Position numbers and translations under genes: made by a program. From Setoptus koraiensis (taxonomy: Eukaryota > Animalia > Arthropoda), in the NCBI GenBank assembly GCA_048013815.1, contig CM106586.1:9176001-9240000 (forward strand): DNA of 64,000 bases. Reading direction: 5' to 3'. Positions 58,153 to 64,000 of the stretch are shown here, piece after piece. The notes under the pieces are model-generated. The model saw nothing but the letters and a program-made list of their open reading frames with translations, did no database searches and had not been told where the DNA came from. The first letter of the stretch is position 1, and each line of letters starts with the position of its first letter.

Positions 58153-60361
58153 TCACTGTTTATGCTGTGTTGTTGTTTGTTGTTGTTTCTTCATCTGCTC
58201 AATGATAGCCTCTGCCTCTTTCTGAGGATAACCCATTGCCTTATAATACTCTACCCATTGAGCTGAATAATCTGCTTGTTGCGAAGTTTGACCTGTCCCA
58301 GATGCTGTCGTATCGCTTGGAGTTGATTTCTGTTGCTGCTGTTGTGGGATGTTTGTGGCGGTTGGCACAGTCAGAGCTGCCTGTCCAGGATAAGCGACAC
58401 TAGGTATAGCTTGAGCATGGGCCTGATATTGAGCATAATATGCTTGTTGGGCGTAGTATGCTGTCCAGGCGGCTGCACTGTCTGATGTAGCTTGAGATTG
58501 ACCTATGAAACGCATAAGAAAAGTTGATAAATCGGATCTAGGTATCTAGGCAATATTACAATACTCTTAAAATACTTACCAGCAGCAGGCATACCCTGTG
58601 TCGCTCCTCCCGATCCCACACCTGCTTGTTGCTGAGGCCAAGAACCTGGATAAGCAGATGGGTAATCACTACATGATGAAAGGTAGAAAATTGTTTTAGA
58701 AAGTTTGTCGGACAGTAAAAGTGAATCAATGTGAACGCCATCTATCAATAAAGTAACTTACTTGTAAGATGCTAGTGGTGCGGCATTCGCTCCTGTAGCC
58801 ACAGCTTTCTGTCTTTGTTGACCTCCACCTCCACCAGTATGCTGAGCCCCACCACTGGAAGGAGGTCCACGACCGGAAGCGAGTTTGGCTTGTATAAGTT
58901 CTCGAGCGTTTTGAATTCTTTCTTGGGTACCCCTTATAATGAATACTGTCTCATCTGGACCACAATCTTTGGCGTTTTTATCTAGTTCTATATCGCAACC
59001 TGATTGTTGCTTTATAGTCCTGATAGTGTCGCCACCACGACCAATAATGGCCCCTGTTCTCTGTGCAGGTATCCTAAGACGGTACTCATCACCACCTTCA
59101 ATTGGTGCGCGAGGCCTTTTACTTGCCTGATCATACAAGATAAGTGTGTTGTGAGATAACGTTTTTCCAGTAAAGTGCATTTCGTTTCGATTTTGTATAG
59201 AAAATTTTTAGGTGTTTCGTATAGAAACAGGTCATCAATTTAAGGAGCATGTTCAGTTGAGAGGTGTGTAGAAGTGATGGGCCCGTGTATTAACAACACA
59301 GAAGTTTAGAGTAATGTGTTTTTTCAAATTTAAGACGCAAATGAAGATATGTATACGCCATATTTTTAGCAGGCATGATTGAGAGGAATATAGAGATATA
59401 ATGGTTATCCTATCCATATACTCACACTGGAGTAATTGATATAACTGGATCATTGCTCACAGGGCAAAGCTCTACAGTTTTCAATCTAACTCACTAAAAC
59501 TAACGCGAACAAGCGTGTATTAAGATTAAGATTTTTACTTACCAATGCGTTTTCAATTATATCATTCACTAAGGTAGATGCACGCTTCACAGAGTCAGCA
59601 CTTCCGTTTATGTTACACATTTTGTTGCCTTGCTCATCCATTGTGCTTGGATCGACCCTAACAGTTGCCCCAGTTTCGTTTTGAATACGTTTGATATTTT
59701 CACCCCCTTTACCGATGACCAAGCCGATGACTTGCTGTGGTATCAGAATATCTATTTTGTTTTGATTAACAGTTCCATAGTCGCTCGATCCACTAGTGGT
59801 ATGTGGATGTTGGTCAGATGGTGGTAATAATCTGGTTGTCCCTGAAGGATTCGCTAGATTTGAATAAATGTCTAAGGGTGCCGCTGTGGTTGGTCCATGC
59901 TGATAGCTAACAGGGCCAGCGGATTTGTCAGCTCTACCAATAGATGTGTTATTGTAATAATTATTTGAATCTGAATTATTATAGTTTCTAGTTTGATATC
60001 CACCATATGAGGTATTATCATTATTTGAAGTGCCATTAGAGCTCATATTAGTATTCTTATTGTCTGTGTTGTTATTATTTCCCCCATTGCTGTTGTTGTC
60101 ATTATTATCCGAACCTGGCGACGATTCGCCCCTCTCGATCCGAGCCTTCTTCAAGATGGCACCATAATCAACCGTCTCCTGTTTACCAGCGCCACTATCT
60201 TGCTTGTGTGACGATTGATATTGATTGGAGTTGGATTCCGATCGATTGCCGTCGTTGCTAGTCAATTCTTCGGCGCCCCTTTTATTTGGTGGATGTCCTA
60301 TCTTGGCGGCCAATTGTCGTGCTCGTTGGATAGCCTCTTGTAAAGCGGCGGGATCTCCCAT
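58153..60361 (-). CDS. FUBP/KHSRP/Psi-family KH RNA-binding protein; join(complement 60361..59543, 59126..58762, 58668..58580, 58502..58153), ~540 aa
   Basis: N-terminal ALQEAIQRARQLAAKIG helix, two KH domains (GLVIGKGGENIK, GAIIGRGGDTIR) and two Tyr-rich DUF1897-type motifs (AAWTAYYAQ, DYSAQWVEYYK). Junctions are in frame; a further 3' micro-exon near 58110 is possible. Confidence 0.92.
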
Positions 60362-61673
60362 AATAGAAGAGAAACGCTGAGAGATCGAGTGATAATAATA
60401 ATATTACTAATTGTTTCTAATCACACAAATAATACAAACGAGAGCAGGCGAGTCCAGTTGCTAAAGGTTTTGTCGTTTATGGTTGCAACGGGATAATAAT
60501 GAAATAATAATAGAAAAATAGCACTTCTCTGATTGATTCCCAGGTTACAGATGACATAAATAGCGATTTAAGGGCTCACATAGAAATTGTGTGACGACAA
60601 TATATTAATAATATATTTATAATTAATGATAATATAATAATCAATGATAGTATTAATAGCATCCAGTATTAATAATTGAGCAATGGTAGTAGTAATTGTA
60701 TAGCGTTGAGTGTGTGTGGCTATAATATTGTTGCATTGCCCTATACTCAATTATAGCAGAAAGAATGCAGCATCTATACACAGAACTGGACACGCATACA
60801 AGCTTTTGTTGCTCCTAGCTGTACAAATCTTCATTGTAATGTTAGCACTGTCACAGGTAGCCAATGGTTATTTCTGGACCGAAGCGCGTTTTTCAAACGC
60901 AAAAAATAAATAAAAATAAGAGAGAGGATAATTCTTTTTCTATACTCATTCAGTATCCTTCCCGTCAGAACGCAATGTTCCGTGTGTCAATCGAGGGATA
61001 GTTGCAACTTGCAACGTTGTTATTATGTGTGCTTGTTGAGAATAGATCTAAAACAGTATTTTTCTTGTTCACATTTCAATATACAATAGCAGAAGTGGTA
61101 CTTCTAGTTGTTGTTGATGTGAAATTCGTAAAATCATATATCACAACAAGCCATCGATACAGTTCTGTATTGTATCAAACTGCAGGCCAGCATAATATAT
61201 TTATATACATATCAGAGTGTGGAATCAGGTTATCCGGTCCACATACGCTCGATAGAGCATAGCTGAACGCTCAAGGCAAAAACTAATGGCTCACTAGAAG
61301 CCTTTACTACAGTTAATCTAAAAGCCAGGAATATAAAATACGAAAAAACAAATTTCGCTTTTTGCACTGTCAACATGACACATGGACACAAAGCTATGTT
61401 ATTATGGGATCAATTTTAAAATATTAGCATTATTATTATAATATTACTGGTAGCTGCATACCTATGCTACATATCTAAAACGCATGCATGTAATCTAATT
61501 CGACATAGCAGGACTACACAATCTCAATTACAGTTAGTTGATTAGCAATTGTTAAAACTAGCAATCACTATAGATTTCCCACTTAGGGGAACTCGCCTCA
61601 GTTATAGCGACATCTTTAGCACCTAGTGAGACTTATTATTATTTAAACCCCCAAAAATTGCAAGCAACGCATA

Positions 61674-62819
61674 ATGAGGCCTACAACATTTAGTTTAGCC
61701 TGTTTAATCGGATTGGCACTGGTAGAAACAGTGCTTTCATTCCAAGGCATACCTGGGATCTATTGTGGCCTTGACGATTGTTACGAGAGTAAGTAGTGCA
61801 ACTAGGGAGCGCCATGCAATATAATCTCAATCTCAACAAATTGCTAGACTAAATCATCTTTTTCTTTTTTCGTTTTAAAAACAGTTCTTGGTGCCACGCG
61901 AGAATCTAACAAGTCAGACATACACAAGCTATACAAGAAGCTAGCGGTGAAATGGCACCCGGACAGAGCCAGGACAGCGGAGGACAAAGCAATTGCTCAA
62001 GACAAATTTAGAGCGGTGGCCCAGGCTTATGAGGTCTTGAAGGATGACGACACTCGTAAGGACTATAACGATATGATGGATGATCCAGAACACTATTACA
62101 GGCATTATTATCGTTACTATCGCAGAGCATTCCCCAAGGTCGATGCAAGACTTGTTATTATTTGCACGATACTCGTCATCTCGGGCTTTCAATACTGGGT
62201 TGGTCAATACAGGTATAACGAAGCTATCAACTATTTTGTTACCGTTCCTAAATACAGATTTAAAGCACAAGACATCGCCAGGCAGAAAGGGTTGTTGCCA
62301 ATCAATGAGAAGCACTTCGCTGGGGACAGATCAGATAGAAAAGAAAAAGATAAGAAGAGTCGGCACCGATCTAAGGACGAGATTCGTGCAGCGGAAGAGT
62401 CGGTGATACGTCAAATTATAGAGAACAATATGGATATTAGAGGGGGTTTCGCCAAGCCCGATATCAAAAGTATTCTACTGATTCAAATATTTCTATTACC
62501 TTGGAGTTTATATCAATTTATCAGATGGTATGTCAGATGGATATGGCTGTTCGACATAATGAAGCAACCTTATGGCAGAGAAGAACAAATCTACCTTATT
62601 TGTAAATATTTCAATATGAAGTTGGAACAACTAGAAACCACTGAGGATATCGAATCATTGTTGCGGCAGGAGTTATATGTTAAGGATAAATTCTTAAAGT
62701 GGAAGCTTAAACGTGATGATGAGATGAAGGAAAAACTTTTAGAATCTTCCAACTACAAAAGAATGAAGAGGTATATGAAAAAAGGCGGCCCTGGCCAGAT
62801 AACATTCTTGGATGATTAA
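61674..62819 (+). CDS. DNAJC25: DnaJ homolog subfamily C member 25; join(61674..61788, 61885..62819), 349 aa
   Basis: Signal-like MRPTTFSLACLIGLALV, GIYCGLDDCYE|ILG, J-domain WHPDR, YYRHYYRYYRR, PKVD.R.V TM segment and C-terminal YKRMKRYMKKGGPGQITF. Confidence 0.92.
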
Positions 62820-63608
62820 TTAGATTAAGAAACATAAATGAATTTGAATATTTAAATTGATTCAATGTTTATTTTACTATGATTAGACATCCCAATTAAA
62901 TTAGGCATCATAAATTTTGAATTCAAATTGTTGCGGGCCTCATCAATGAATTGACTACCATTTAGATCTCAAGCCGAGTTTTTTGCTATGATATTGATCC
63001 CCCTTTTGTCGTTGACGTTGATTAATTGTAGAGGAACTCGATGGTTTTTTAACTAGTTATTGCGCACACGTTCGCTGCGGCCGTCGTGAGAAAATTTCAA
63101 AAATGGCGCATCTAAATGCATCTCGTTCACTCCAAAACTACAAATTCATCGGGGCCTGTCGTTTACATCAACAATTTATACAATATCTGTATCGTCGGTA
63201 TTCTAACGATACACTTACATGTATGAAATGTATATGAAAACCACAGTATTATTAGATCATCATAGATATTAAATAAATTTTGCGTTATTATCGGTGACTA
63301 CGATGATAATCATTACAATCTAACATCTAAATCACAAGTTCTCAATCGTCTTGAAACAATGTGATGCAAAAATTTAAAAGTCCCATCGAGTAATTATACA
63401 CCGGATAATCATATTGCACTTATACACTGATCCTATTGAACTGAATACCATTTATTATTTGACGATTTATGTTTTATCCTGAATTGCAATATATTTGAGT
63501 TGTTGTCCTATTGATCCAAAATGACATCAAGCTTCAACTAATACTAACAAAGGATTAACGGTATACATATAGTAATCAGAATTGAAAATTAACACTAATT
63601 TATTCGCA

Positions 63609-64000
63609 ATGTTCGGCCAATCGTGTGCTTCTTGCAACTCTACAGACCTTGAGTCGGATCCGAGTAGAGGGGATACCTTTTGTACTAAATGTGGTGCAGT
63701 GCTAGAAGAAAATCTTATTGTTAGCGAGTTGCAATTTGAAGAGGGAAGCCATGGGGCAGCAAATCTTATTGGTAGAATGGTTTCCAGTGATGCCAACTAC
63801 AAGAGTTTATCATCTGGAACCTTCGGTAACAGTCTTGCAGTGAATAGCAGGGAATCACGAGAGATAACGCTAGCAAATGCAAAAGATAAGATCAAACGAC
63901 TAGGTCAAATACTGAGGCTCAATCAACATTGCATAGCCACTGCTTTCAATTTTTACAAAATGGCTTTATCGAGACGTCTGACTTATGGTCGTAAGCAGAA
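63609..64000 (+). CDS. BRF1: TFIIIB 90-kDa subunit BRF1, 5' part truncated by the window end
   Basis: MFGQSCASCNSTDLESDPSRGDTFCTKCGAVLEENLIVSELQFEE zinc ribbon, then ESREITL...LNQHCIATAFNFYKMALSRRLTYGRK. Absent from the ORF track because it runs off the edge. Confidence 0.93.
   Translation, partial: MFGQSCASCNSTDLESDPSRGDTFCTKCGAVLEENLIVSELQFEEGSHGAANLIGRMVSSDANYKSLSSGTFGNSLAVNSRESREITLANAKDKIKRLGQILRLNQHCIATAFNFYKMALSRRLTYGRKQ

Noticed and set aside
63527-63796. 89-aa minus-strand ORF
   Set aside because: Antisense to the BRF1 coding sequence.
1-64000. tRNA, rRNA, snRNA or known miRNA genes
   Set aside because: GTTCGA-type hits lack cloverleaf context and no recognised mature sequences were seen; a covariance-model scan could still find divergent ones.

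Overview
Eukaryotic, gene-dense arthropod DNA with short GT-AG introns (83-607 nt) and Q/N/T-rich proteins. It resembles a compact acariform mite genome, but that is inference. No tRNA, rRNA or CRISPR array was recognised. Left to right: spliced tetraspanin with a ~490-aa N-terminal extension, Jun-like bZIP and SPCS1. Next is a ~19-kb rapidly evolving tandem array (6.9-26 kb) holding six F-box/LRR genes, three MsrA paralogs each head-to-head with an F-box gene, a novel type-I membrane protein plus a 5'-truncated copy, a decayed PEX6-like fragment and two hAT-type MITEs. Then come a ~2,065-aa intronless low-complexity protein, a 5-exon OCA2/P-protein homolog lacking the luminal loop, a 14-kb gene-poor repeat- and hairpin-rich interval, an uncharacterised 2-exon secreted-type gene, a FUBP/KSRP/Psi homolog with only two KH domains, DNAJC25 and the 5' end of BRF1. 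The most novel signal is the co-amplified divergent F-box/LRR-MsrA module. It shows altered MsrA active-site residues, hypervariable MsrA C-termini around a shared CRNxWC motif, and intron presence/absence among the F-box paralogs. Exon structures were derived by hand from splice signals and frame continuity; gene-family calls rest on remembered motifs, not database searches.
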